NCBI GenBank assembly: GCA_041499375.1
Contig: JBGQKD010000018.1
Location: 212 to 64,211 of the forward strand
Reading direction: 5' to 3'
Length of the DNA stretch: 64,000 bases
DNA from: Gemmatimonadota bacterium
Lineage (GTDB): Bacteria > Gemmatimonadota > Gemmatimonadetes > Gemmatimonadales > GWC2-71-9
This document shows positions 29,068 to 38,588 of the stretch, piece by piece; the stretch's first letter is position 1, and every line of letters begins with the position of its first letter. The position numbers and the translations under genes are program-made. The notes under the pieces are model-generated. The model was not told the DNA's origin. It worked only from the letters and a program-made list of their open reading frames with translations, and made no database searches.

Positions 29068-29683
29068 ATGGACCCCAAGTCTCACTGGGAACGCATTTAC
29101 CGCAACAAGCTCCCGACAGAGGTGAGCTGGTACCAGCCCCATGCCCTGCGCTCTCTGGACTTGATTCGCCATGTCAGCCCGCCACCCGATGGAGCGATCA
29201 TTGATGTGGGCGCTGGGGCCTCCACCCTGGTCGATGACCTCCTGGATGCCGGCTATCACGATCCCACAGTCCTGGACATCTCGGCCACAGCATTGGCCGA
29301 GACCCGCACCCGTCTCGGTGCGCGGGCTGGTAGCGTCCGATGGATCGAGGCCGATATTCTCGACGCCGAGCTTCCGAAGGCCGGGTATACCGTTTGGCTT
29401 GACCGAGCTGCCTTTCACTTTTCTCACTATGCCGGCCGATCGGGCGCGTTACGTCGCTCAAGTGCGTCGGGCCGTTCGGCCGGGCGGGTTCGCCCTCGTG
29501 GCGACCTTCGCGGACGACGGCCCAACACGTTGCAGCGGACTCGAGGTCAATCGGTACTCGCCGGAGGCGCTCCATGCCGAATTCGGCGCCCCCTTCCAGT
29601 TGATGGCCAGTGAACGTGAGGAGCACGTCACCCCTGCGGGAGTCTGTCAAGCGTTCATCTACTGCTTGTGTCGCCTAGACTGA
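29068..29683 (+). pseudogene. class I SAM methyltransferase with a +1 frameshift in a T4 run
   Basis: N-terminal part (HWERIY...IIDVGAGASTLV...WLDRAAFHF) is in frame 1. The remainder (LTMPADRARYVAQVRRAVRPGGFALVATFADDGPTRCSGL...) is in frame 2. The junction is at TTTT 29419-29422. Confidence 0.75.
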
Positions 29684-29751
29684 CTGGACTAAGGCGGGCG
29701 TCCGCTAGCCGCACACAATCCGGTTTTCGCAGACGGTGGAGACGGCCAGTC

Positions 29752-29915
29752 TGAATGGCGCACTGAAATGGCGCCTGAACAGCGCGTTGACCATGAACCG
29801 TTCGGTGCCCCGGCCGCGCAAAAAGTCCGGTAGAGAATCCAGTAGAGTCGCCGGCCCAGAGCCCGGTAATTTGGAAGAATCGGAAAAATACTGGTGAAAA
29901 ACCGGAAAGAAATGC
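29752..29915. repeat. intergenic repeat element, copy A (starts with four tandem 12-mers)
   Basis: Aligns by eye to 30898-31015 across both flanks, with an extra ~50-nt insert in copy A. Begins CTGAATGGCGCA CTGAAATGGCGCC TGAACAGCGCG TTGA... Confidence 0.7.
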
Positions 29916-30034
29916 TGGGAAGCGTCGAGGCAAGGAGTGCAGTCTAAGTCTAGTTAGGCCGCCCGCACTACTCTTCGGCGACGAGCGGCCTGTGGTGATT
30001 CGGAAGCAGCAGCTCTCTTGAAAAGGAGGATTCC

Positions 30035-30229
30035 GTGGAAAAGAACCTGCTCACCATCCTCGTTTGGCTTTTCTTCCTTGGCGGGCTGTTCGGCATGGTG
30101 ATGGGATTCGTCAAGTTCTTTGGCGGCGGCACGCCAGCCGAATATGGAGTCATGGGCATCGGCGGTGGGTTCTATCTCCTAGCCTCGGCTATTGTTCTCT
30201 ACATTCGTAAGCGCGTCGCGTCCAGCTAG
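30035..30229 (+). CDS. small two-TM membrane protein
   Basis: GTG start 5 nt after AAGGAGG. 64 aa with two hydrophobic helices. Confidence 0.55.
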   Translation: MEKNLLTILVWLFFLGGLFGMVMGFVKFFGGGTPAEYGVMGIGGGFYLLASAIVLYIRKRVASS

Positions 30230-30300
30230 GCGGCGGCTCACGATGGCTGGAGACAGCTCTGCCATTCTACCGAGATCGTATCTACCCCCATCTCATCCGC

Positions 30301-30900
30301 ATGCTGGGGGATCCACCGCCTATCCGGAACGTTCGCCAGCGGATCGTCACCCGGGCTCAAGGGAAAGTCCTGGAGATTGGCGTCGGTTCGGGCGCAAACT
30401 TCGTTCACTACGATCCCGCCAAGGTGAGCAAGCTCTACGCGCTTGAACCCAACCCGGGTATGCTCCGACTCGCGGAGAGACAGCGACGCCAGACGTCACT
30501 AGATGTTGAGTTCCTCGACCTTCCGGGGGAACGCATTCCCCTGGCAGACGGCGCGGTCGATACAGTGGTGAGCACCTTTACCCTATGCAGCATCCCCGGC
30601 GTGCTGGAGGCCATCCGCGGGATTGCACGCGTACTGAAGCCAGACGGCCGGCTCATCTTCTTCGAACTCGGGTTGGCCCCCGATCCACGAGTGCAACGCT
30701 GGCAGGTCCGGTTGGAGGGCATTTATCACTGGCTGTTCCAAGGCTTGTATTTGACACGGGATATTCCGGCGCTCCTGCAGCAGGGCGGCTTTAGGATCGA
30801 GCACATGGAGGCGGGGTACATTGCCGAATTCCCAAAGTCGTTGTCATTCTGTTGGTGGGGCACGGCGATTCTGCGAACACGGTGGAAAATGCCACCGTGA
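30301..30900 (+). CDS. class I SAM methyltransferase (Methyltransf_11-like), N-terminus uncertain
   Basis: VLEIGVGSGANF SAM motif. In-frame homology-like sequence (RWLETALPFYRDRIYPHLIR) extends upstream of the first ATG with no canonical start codon. Confidence 0.75.
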   Translation: MLGDPPPIRNVRQRIVTRAQGKVLEIGVGSGANFVHYDPAKVSKLYALEPNPGMLRLAERQRRQTSLDVEFLDLPGERIPLADGAVDTVVSTFTLCSIPGVLEAIRGIARVLKPDGRLIFFELGLAPDPRVQRWQVRLEGIYHWLFQGLYLTRDIPALLQQGGFRIEHMEAGYIAEFPKSLSFCWWGTAILRTRWKMPP

Positions 30901-31015
30901 ATGGCGGACTGAATAGCGCTTTGAACAGCACGTTGAGAACGGACCGTTCGATCGGAGGGGCCGGTTAGTTTGGAAAAAGCGGCAAAATCCTGGTGAAAAA
31001 GCCGGACGGAAATAC
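30898..31015. repeat. intergenic repeat element, copy B
   Basis: GTGAATGGCGGA CTGAATAGCGCT TTGAACAGCACG TTGAGAACGGAC ... GGTGAAAAAGCCGGACGGAAATACC. Fills the gap between the convergent methyltransferase and CDF genes. Confidence 0.7.
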
Positions 31016-31024
31016 CGCAGGAAT

Positions 31025-31654
31025 TCAGGCGTCCTCGCTTTCGCTAGCCTCCCCTCGCCATGCCTCCAGTCCCTCGCGCACGATCAGCGGTAGCATCGCC
31101 AACGCAGCGACGGGGTCGGCCCACCACCAGCCCAGCGCCGCGTTGAGCCCCAGACCGAGAAGCGTCGTCGCGGAGAGCCAAGCGCAGACAATAGTCTCGT
31201 GCGCATCCGCGCGAAGCGCTCGGCTGCCAAGGCTGGCCGCGACGCGAAGCTTTCCTCGGGCGAGGAGCGGCATCGCGATCAAGGAGAGGGCCGTGAGGAC
31301 GATGCCGATCAGACTCGATTCGGGGCGGCTGCCCGTCACCAGGACGCGGACAGAGTCCGTAACGATGTACACCCCGAGCGCGAGCAGCAGAAAACCCGCT
31401 CCCCGCGCCGCACGGCGCTCCACGGTCGGCCCCAAGGGCGCCAAGCCTAGCTCAACCCGAAGCCGCCACCACAAAAGGGCTCCGCTCGTTACCTCGATCA
31501 CCGAATCGATTCCAAATACCGTCAGGGCCACCGACCCAGCGGCGATACCGGCCGCGATCGCGACAAGCCCCTCGAGGGTGTTGTAGCCGACGGTCACGGC
31601 CTCGAGCGCGATCCCGCGCCGCAATAGCGCGACTCGATCCATGTAACCTGTCAT
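31025..31654 (-). CDS. cation diffusion facilitator-type transporter, TM domain only
   Basis: 209 aa with six hydrophobic segments and HE/D-containing helices (ADAHETIVCAW). No cytoplasmic C-terminal domain. Confidence 0.75.
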   Translation of the reverse strand: MTGYMDRVALLRRGIALEAVTVGYNTLEGLVAIAAGIAAGSVALTVFGIDSVIEVTSGALLWWRLRVELGLAPLGPTVERRAARGAGFLLLALGVYIVTDSVRVLVTGSRPESSLIGIVLTALSLIAMPLLARGKLRVAASLGSRALRADAHETIVCAWLSATTLLGLGLNAALGWWWADPVAALAMLPLIVREGLEAWRGEASESEDA

Positions 31655-32592
31655 GTTCGTCTCTTGCGCACGATCTTTTCCAACGAGTCGCGCGCGGCCG
31701 CGACGAGTGCGTCGAGTCCGTGTGTGACCACAAGGGTCCTGGGTCGGAGGCCGCGCCGCACTACGATCATGCCACGACTAGCGGGCCCGGGCATCAGCCA
31801 CAGGGCCTCGTAGAGTCCCGGGTCTAGTCGAACAAAAACGGCGCTACCGAGCGGCAGCTGTACAACGGCAGCCGCGGGGACCCCAGCCACCGAGTCTTCG
31901 GGATCGTTTGGGCGGACGATCACAGTAGCGGAACGTCCCGGCTCAAGCGGCCCCCTTGGCGCTCGGAAATCGACCGAAACTTCCGCATTGAAGCCCTGCC
32001 TGTTTGGGCCCTCAATGCGCTCGATGAATCCGCGCCGCAAGGCTTGGCCGTCTTTATCCAATCCCACCCAGGACTGATCGCCCCAATCGAGGAACTGTAC
32101 CTCATAATCGCTGACCGAGCCGACGGCGAGCCAATGGCTATTGTCGTTGAACAATCCGACCGTATCGCCTTTCCAAACGGACTGTCCGCCGCGGAGCCGT
32201 GCCTGCCACGTGCCTGGACGGCGCGAAAGCGCTGGGTACAGCCGTCCCCGTGTATTGGCGTCCGGTCCGATAACTGCCAACGTGTCGCCCACGGCGACGG
32301 GCCCGCGCGGCCTCATGCGGGTGATGACCCCTGTGCTCGGAGCGGCTACTGGGATCAGATGGTTGGGGTCGACTTCGATCAGCGCCTGAAACCGAACCTC
32401 GGGCGCTGGCAATGCAGCAACGGTGTCACGCACAATCGTGGATTCCGCCTGAGCGCTGATAGCGACCACGAGATGCGGGAGTTCGTCCCATGGTCGGTTC
32501 GACCGCTCGGAACCAGTACATGCCATCAACAACGTTAGGGCGCTCAGGGACGTCGAGGCACAGCACCCGAATAACCACCGACTCATGGTCAT
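31651..32592 (-). CDS. divergent periplasmic adaptor (MFP)-like lipoprotein
   Basis: Lipobox LLMAC. Barrel-sandwich-like GDTLAVIGP / KGDTVGLF segments. ATGA-type overlaps with czcA upstream and the CDF gene downstream. Confidence 0.55.
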   Translation of the reverse strand: MTMSRWLFGCCASTSLSALTLLMACTGSERSNRPWDELPHLVVAISAQAESTIVRDTVAALPAPEVRFQALIEVDPNHLIPVAAPSTGVITRMRPRGPVAVGDTLAVIGPDANTRGRLYPALSRRPGTWQARLRGGQSVWKGDTVGLFNDNSHWLAVGSVSDYEVQFLDWGDQSWVGLDKDGQALRRGFIERIEGPNRQGFNAEVSVDFRAPRGPLEPGRSATVIVRPNDPEDSVAGVPAAAVVQLPLGSAVFVRLDPGLYEALWLMPGPASRGMIVVRRGLRPRTLVVTHGLDALVAAARDSLEKIVRKRRT

Positions 32593-35500
32593 GGTCTCCT
32601 TGTCCTCATCGATTCCACCAAACTGTACAGTGCCGGCAAGACCAGCAGTGTAAGGAGAGTCGACGTGACCAAGCCCCCAATGACGACAGTAGCAAGCGGT
32701 CGTTGCACCTCGGCGCCCGCGCCAGTCGAGATCGCCATCGGAATGAATCCCACACTCGCCACAAGCGCGGTCATAAGAACGGGGCGCAGCCGGATGGTAG
32801 CACCCTCCCGTACGGCCTCGTGCAACTGCCGACCAGCCGTGCGGAGCTGATTGATATATGTCACCAATACGACGCCATTGAGCACCGCAACGCCGAAGAG
32901 CGCAATAAACCCCACGGAGGCACTGAGGTTGAGGTGGAGACCTCGAAGCCAGAGGGCAGCGATCCCCCCGACGAGCGCGAACGGAACCGTTAGCATCACG
33001 AGTACGGCGTGGCGCAGCGTGTCGAAAGTCGCATACAAGAGCCCAGCGATCGCCAAAAGTACGAGAGGAACGATGATTGCCAGCCGCCGCGTGGCTCGCG
33101 ACTGATTCTCGAATTGACCGCCGTAGGTGACGTAGTAGCCAGGCGGAAAGGTCACTCGTTGACGGACAGCGGTTTTCACGTCCGCCGCGAACCCGCCGAG
33201 GTCGCGCCCGCGAACGTTGCTTTGAACGACGACGTAGCGCTGCCCACCCTCGTGGTTGATTACCTCGGGTCCCTCGACGGTCCGGACACGCGCGACTTGA
33301 GACAGCGTGACCGTCCCTCCAGCCGGTGTGCGGATGAGCGTCTGTTCCACGGCCTCCGGCGTTGACCGGAAGGAGGCCGCCAGGCGGACCACGATCGGGA
33401 AGCGCCTGCGCCCATCGATTACGTCGGTCGCCTCCATGCCGCCCACGCCGCTCTCTACGGCTTCCCGAACATCAGCGACGTTCAGGCCGTAACGGGCGAT
33501 TGCCGCGCGGTCGAGGTCAACCTCGAGCTGCATGGCTCCGGCACTCACGCCAACGGAAACGTCCTCCGCGCCACGTACAGAACGCACGATACGTTCGATC
33601 GCGTCCGCTTTATCCTGTAGGAGCGGCAGGCTGTCGCCATAGACTTTGACACCCAGCTCCGTGCGCACGCCGGAAATCACCTCATCGAGCCGCATTCGCA
33701 TCGGGGCACTGAACTCAAAGACGAGTCCCGGTATCTCCGATAGCGCTGAGTCCATCCGGACGATCAGCTCGTCCAGCGATCGCACCCGCCATTGGCCTTT
33801 CGGATTCAACACGACATAGACGTCGGCCTGGTGGAGTGCCATCACCTCGGTGGCCTCGTGTGGGCGGCCAAGGTTCGTCACGACGTTCTGGACCTCGGGG
33901 AATTTCCGTAACGTGCGTTCGACATCGTCTGAAACGGTGATGCCGTGCGGGAGTGACGCGCTTTGGATGCGTCGCGTCTCGATAAGGAGATAGCCCTCGT
34001 CCAGCTTGGGCATGAACTCCGTGCCGAGGAACGGCACCGAGATGAGTGCGACAGCGAAGAGGCCAACGGTCGCCCCTACGACCCGGCTCCGATGCAGGAG
34101 TGACCACTCGAGTGCGCGCTGGTATCTGGTGCGGAGCTTGATGAACCACGCGGGGTCATCGTGCTCCTTGGAAGATCCGCTGCCCCGCGCGAATACATAC
34201 GATGCGACGGCAGGCACATAGCTCAGCGCCAAAAGCAGCGACCCTAACACCGCCGCACAAACGGTGAACGCCATCGGTCTGAACATGCGGCCTTCCAGCC
34301 CTTGCAGCGCAAAGATAGGGATGTAGACCGCGACGATGATCGCGATCCCGAATACGATCGGTCGTCCCACCTCGAATGCAGCGGCGCGGATCACGTCTTG
34401 CCGGTCAGTGACCGACTGCGACCCTGCTCCAGCGAGGCGGCGCACGAAGTTCTCCACCATCACGACCGAGGCATCCACGATGAGGCCGAAGTCCAGCGCG
34501 CCCAGACTCATGAGATTGGCAGTAAGACCGAAGCGCTTCATAGCGAAGAAGGCGAACAGCAGCGAAAGCGGGATCACGGAAGCCGTGAGGAGCGATGCAC
34601 GAAGATTACGGAGAAACAGGAAGAGGATCGCGATGACCAGCAGCGCGCCCTCGGTAAGATTCGTGAACATCGTACGCGTCGTGCGGCTTACAACTTCACC
34701 CTGGCTGTAGAAGGGCCGGATCCGAACGCCGGCCGGCAGGACGGACTCGATTTCCACGAGGCGGGCTTGGACGCGCTTCACAACTTCCCGACCGTTTGAG
34801 CCCTTCAGGATGATCACCGCGGCGGACACCGCCTCCCCCCGACCGTCCCGTGTCACCGCGCCGAAGCGGGGCTGCGGTCCCACGTCTACGCGCGCCACGT
34901 CCCGCACATAAACCGGGGTCGCACCCCGGGTTTCCACCACCACGTTCGCGATGTCGCTCACGCCCGACACACGGCCTATGCCGCGGACCGTCAGGCGCTC
35001 TCCTCGGTCCTCCACATATCCCGCACCAAAATTTGCGTTGTTGTTGGCAAGCGCCGCTTCCAGATCGTGCAGCGTGAGACCGTACCCGGCGAGCTTGCTC
35101 GGGTCCGCGAATACGTCGAACTGCTGTAGCATCCCTCCCCACGTATTGACCTCGGCGACGCCAGGTACCGTCTTGAGCAATGGCTTGATGATGTACTCCT
35201 GCACGTTCGTCAGCTCAATGAGCGAAAGCGTGTCCGCGGCGGAGTCCGTAAGCTCCACCAGGTACTGGAACGCCTCACCCATCGCTGTCGCCGGCGGGCC
35301 TAGCATCGCCTCCGCGTTGGGCGGCAACGCGTGTAGCGCATCCTGCATCCGCTGCTGCACCTGCGCCCGCGCGAAGTACAAGTCGACGGCGTCCTCGAAA
35401 GTGACCGTGACAACGGACAGGCCCACCTTGGAGAGCGAGCGGACGTCGGTCGTGCGCGGGAGGCCCAGCATGGCAACCTCCATCGGATACGTCACCTGCT

Positions 35501-35696
35501 GTTCGACTTCAGTGGGCGAGAGGCCCGGAACCTCGATCATGACCAACACTTGATTCGGGGTGAGGTCGGGGAACGCGTCGGTGTTGAGCGTCGCAAACGA
35601 CCAAAGGCCGGCGGCAGCCAGGAGAGCCATGGCTCCAACGATGACAGCGCGGTGACGCAACGACCCAGCGATCAAACGATCAATGAGCGCGCCCAT
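32589..35696 (-). CDS. czcA: CusA/CzcA-family heavy-metal efflux RND pump
   Basis: 1035 aa, 12-TM RND architecture with typical HME N-terminus (IDRLIAGSLRHR... DAFPDLTPNQV). Confidence 0.95.
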   Translation of the reverse strand: MGALIDRLIAGSLRHRAVIVGAMALLAAAGLWSFATLNTDAFPDLTPNQVLVMIEVPGLSPTEVEQQVTYPMEVAMLGLPRTTDVRSLSKVGLSVVTVTFEDAVDLYFARAQVQQRMQDALHALPPNAEAMLGPPATAMGEAFQYLVELTDSAADTLSLIELTNVQEYIIKPLLKTVPGVAEVNTWGGMLQQFDVFADPSKLAGYGLTLHDLEAALANNNANFGAGYVEDRGERLTVRGIGRVSGVSDIANVVVETRGATPVYVRDVARVDVGPQPRFGAVTRDGRGEAVSAAVIILKGSNGREVVKRVQARLVEIESVLPAGVRIRPFYSQGEVVSRTTRTMFTNLTEGALLVIAILFLFLRNLRASLLTASVIPLSLLFAFFAMKRFGLTANLMSLGALDFGLIVDASVVMVENFVRRLAGAGSQSVTDRQDVIRAAAFEVGRPIVFGIAIIVAVYIPIFALQGLEGRMFRPMAFTVCAAVLGSLLLALSYVPAVASYVFARGSGSSKEHDDPAWFIKLRTRYQRALEWSLLHRSRVVGATVGLFAVALISVPFLGTEFMPKLDEGYLLIETRRIQSASLPHGITVSDDVERTLRKFPEVQNVVTNLGRPHEATEVMALHQADVYVVLNPKGQWRVRSLDELIVRMDSALSEIPGLVFEFSAPMRMRLDEVISGVRTELGVKVYGDSLPLLQDKADAIERIVRSVRGAEDVSVGVSAGAMQLEVDLDRAAIARYGLNVADVREAVESGVGGMEATDVIDGRRRFPIVVRLAASFRSTPEAVEQTLIRTPAGGTVTLSQVARVRTVEGPEVINHEGGQRYVVVQSNVRGRDLGGFAADVKTAVRQRVTFPPGYYVTYGGQFENQSRATRRLAIIVPLVLLAIAGLLYATFDTLRHAVLVMLTVPFALVGGIAALWLRGLHLNLSASVGFIALFGVAVLNGVVLVTYINQLRTAGRQLHEAVREGATIRLRPVLMTALVASVGFIPMAISTGAGAEVQRPLATVVIGGLVTSTLLTLLVLPALYSLVESMRTRRP

Positions 35697-35697
35697 C

Positions 35698-36855
35698 TCA
35701 CATCTCCATTGCGGGCATCGCGCCCTTCTTGATCTGGGCCTTGATCGCTAGCGCGCCGCGCGTCACGACGAGGTCAGCGGCCGCGAGGCCCTGCGTGATC
35801 GCAATCCGGCCACCCGATCTCGAGCCGAGCTGGACAGTGTGCGGCACGAAGTGCGCGCCGCCCATGCTATCCGGGTGGGCCACGAAGACGACGGACTTAC
35901 CATCGAGCAGCTGCACCGCGTCCTCCGGGACGGAGGGCGCCGACACTCCCCCGCTGCCTGCGGCCGCGACGCTCGCCAGCATTTCCGGCTTGAGCCGTTC
36001 TCCTTGGTTCCGAATGACGCCGCGAATCGAGAGGGTGCGCGTGGAGGGGTCGAGCCCGGCGCCGACGGCATCGATCCGCGCCGAGAATGTGTCGGCGGGA
36101 TACGCCGGCACCGTAAAGCGCAGCTGCGCACCAAGGCGGAAGAGAGACGCAAGATTCTCTGGGGCGTCGATCGAGAGCCAGAGACTTGTTGGATCGGTGA
36201 CGATGACGAGCGGCGCTCCAACCTCGACCCCCGCTCCGGGCACGGCCGTGCGCGCGAGGACCACACCGTTCAGCGGCGATCGAATCGCAACTTCACCGCT
36301 AGCCGACGCCGTTGCCCCGATCTGGTCGGCAACGCTCTTTGCCCGTCGCAGCTCAGCGCTTGCCAGCTCATCATCGGCGATGGCACGATCGTAGTCTTGC
36401 TGGGGAATCGCCTTGAGGGCGAGTAGGCGTTCCGCTCGCTCGCGAGCACTGTGTGCGTAGCTCGCTTGAGCGCGGGCTTTGTCGACGTCGGACTGCGCCA
36501 TTCCCGCCGCGGGACTTTGGAGCGTCACGAGGATTTGTCCGGCGCGAACGCGATCTCCCGGCCGTACGCGAACCGCAATCACCCGCCCTTGTACGGTCGC
36601 GCCGAGTCTGGCGGTGCGATCCTCGTCCGGGATCACCTGCCCCGGGACCGTCGCTACCGAAGCGACGGTGCTCGTCGCAACCGGCTCCCACTGCACGCCA
36701 CCGTGCGCGACCTGTGCCGCGGTAAGCGTGACATCCGTTGCCGCAGCCATCCCTGGCATGTCGGCCATTCCGGTGTCCGCAGACTGCGCGGGCTTACCGC
36801 CGCCCTTTGAACAGGCGGACATCGCGAGGAGAGCGAGCCAAATCCGCGCCTTCAT
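35698..36855 (-). CDS. czcB: RND periplasmic adaptor subunit (CzcB/CusB-like lipoprotein)
   Basis: ATG 36855 overlaps the czcC stop (ATGA). Lipobox LAMSAC. MFP barrel-sandwich and beta-barrel segments. Confidence 0.9.
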   Translation of the reverse strand: MKARIWLALLAMSACSKGGGKPAQSADTGMADMPGMAAATDVTLTAAQVAHGGVQWEPVATSTVASVATVPGQVIPDEDRTARLGATVQGRVIAVRVRPGDRVRAGQILVTLQSPAAGMAQSDVDKARAQASYAHSARERAERLLALKAIPQQDYDRAIADDELASAELRRAKSVADQIGATASASGEVAIRSPLNGVVLARTAVPGAGVEVGAPLVIVTDPTSLWLSIDAPENLASLFRLGAQLRFTVPAYPADTFSARIDAVGAGLDPSTRTLSIRGVIRNQGERLKPEMLASVAAAGSGGVSAPSVPEDAVQLLDGKSVVFVAHPDSMGGAHFVPHTVQLGSRSGGRIAITQGLAAADLVVTRGALAIKAQIKKGAMPAMEM

Positions 36856-38150
36856 GGCCGGACCTCCCCGGCAATCGTGAGGCTTGGCAAGGCGGAGGCG
36901 ATGTCGACTCCCTCGGCAACCAGCAGCTCGACGACGCTCTCGTGTTGGGCGTAGAGGATTTGATAGAAGGCAACTCGGGCCTCGCCCCACGCCCGCGCCG
37001 CGTCGATCACCTGGATGAGTGGGACGGCACCCTCGCGGTAGGCCCCAAGGGCAATGCGCCGAGCTTCGTCGGCACGAGCGAGATATCCTTGGCCCCGGGT
37101 TGCATCGGCGAGCACACCGGCGCGTTCCGTCAGCAGCCGGGCGGCTTCGGCGCTGCCGACGATTTCTGCGCGGCCGATGCGCTCCTGAGCGGCGAGCTCG
37201 AAGCCGGCCGCGTCCCGCTCAGCGGCCGCGCGCGCGATTGCGCCCCTGTTCTGATCAAACAACGGGAATGGCATGCTCACTCCCGCCATCAGCGACGTCG
37301 TTCCCGCACTCCGTTTCGTCCCGACGGTGAGTCCGAGCTGACGGATAAGGCTGGTTCGTTCGGTCGTCACTCCCGAACCTGCGGCAGCAACCCGCTCGCG
37401 GGCGGCGCGAATGTCAGGTCGCGCACTGCCGGTTCGATTCGTCGGTGCCACGTCGGGAAGCGCGAGCGGGGCATCAAACGCCGCCACGAGAAATGCCGCG
37501 TCCGGCTCCTCATTGAGGAAGACCGTCAGGTCGGCTCTCGCTCGAGCGAGATCAGCCTCCTGCATCGTTGCTTCGACGTTGGCGCGGTCGCGCTCCAGCT
37601 CGGAGCGAATGAGGTCAGCTTCCGCCGCGACACCCTCTTTTACGCGAGCGCGGTTGTACGCGACGACGGAATCGAGCCAGGCGGCGAGATCTCGCGCCGC
37701 TGCCAGCGCAACCTGCGCACGCGCCATTCGGTAAAACGCGCCCGTGGCATCCAGTTCGATCCGCTGCCGTTCCGCTTGTGCATCAGCCTCGGCCGCTCGG
37801 ACACCAGCGTTTGCCCCACTCACTCGGGACCAGCGCTGGTACAGCGGTTCCAGCGGGAGTGTGGCCGTCACCATCATCTCGCGGTCCATCGGCGGAGCTG
37901 CTCGCCCGGGTAATGGCGCATTCTCCACGTCGTACATGAGGATCGGGTTTCCGAGGGTGCCGGCCGTCGAGCGCGAGCCTCTGGCGGCACGGATTCGCGC
38001 CCCTGCTGCCGCGAGTGACGGGTGTCGTGCAGCGACGCTGTCGAGCACTTGAAGCAGCGTCACCGACTGCCGCCCCACGGAATCCTGGGCGATCAACGGT
38101 GTTGTCGCAGCCACGGTGGCCGCGCAGAGAACGAGCAACGGAATACGCAT
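36852..38150 (-). CDS. czcC: TolC-family outer membrane factor (CzcC-like)
   Basis: ATG 38150 lies 3 nt after GAGGAGAGG. Signal peptide, then duplicated OEP repeats. Confidence 0.88.
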   Translation of the reverse strand: MRIPLLVLCAATVAATTPLIAQDSVGRQSVTLLQVLDSVAARHPSLAAAGARIRAARGSRSTAGTLGNPILMYDVENAPLPGRAAPPMDREMMVTATLPLEPLYQRWSRVSGANAGVRAAEADAQAERQRIELDATGAFYRMARAQVALAAARDLAAWLDSVVAYNRARVKEGVAAEADLIRSELERDRANVEATMQEADLARARADLTVFLNEEPDAAFLVAAFDAPLALPDVAPTNRTGSARPDIRAARERVAAAGSGVTTERTSLIRQLGLTVGTKRSAGTTSLMAGVSMPFPLFDQNRGAIARAAAERDAAGFELAAQERIGRAEIVGSAEAARLLTERAGVLADATRGQGYLARADEARRIALGAYREGAVPLIQVIDAARAWGEARVAFYQILYAQHESVVELLVAEGVDIASALPSLTIAGEVRP

Positions 38151-38235
38151 ACCTCTCCTCACTGAGCATCGATGAAAACCAGTGCGCAACGCGCAGGGCG
38201 CGCGTCGCTTCGGGGCGCAATACGCCCGGGAGAGG

Positions 38236-38562
38236 CTAGGCTTGGGGCGGCGGAGGCGGAGGCGGCTGAGGATCAAACGGAGCGAACGTCGATACGTCGA
38301 ACACTACGACGTACGAGTCGCTTACAGCTACCGAAACCGGTGTACTCAGGATGAGTGCAGCGGTTCCCATTACGGCGCAAAACACTGAACCAGCGCAGTC
38401 CGTTGCATTGGAAGTTTGGTCGATAGTCGGACCGGACGGCATTGACATTGGCATCTGGCCATCGCAGCGCCGGTCGGTGTCGCAGACTAGCGGCAGACCG
38501 AGCGGCATCACGTGCAAACTGAGCACGACGATAGCGACGAACCTAAGGACCGATGTGCGCAT
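38236..38562 (-). CDS. small N-anchored Cys/Met-rich protein with poly-Pro tail, leading czcCBA
   Basis: 108 aa from ATG 38562: TM VLRFVAIVVLSLHV, Cys at ~27, QMPMSMP tract, C-x5-C, ends PPPPPPPQA. Paralogous in pattern to 50209..50559. Confidence 0.55.
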   Translation of the reverse strand: MRTSVLRFVAIVVLSLHVMPLGLPLVCDTDRRCDGQMPMSMPSGPTIDQTSNATDCAGSVFCAVMGTAALILSTPVSVAVSDSYVVVFDVSTFAPFDPQPPPPPPPQA

Positions 38563-38588
38563 GCTGTTCTGAATATACAGGAGCCGGG

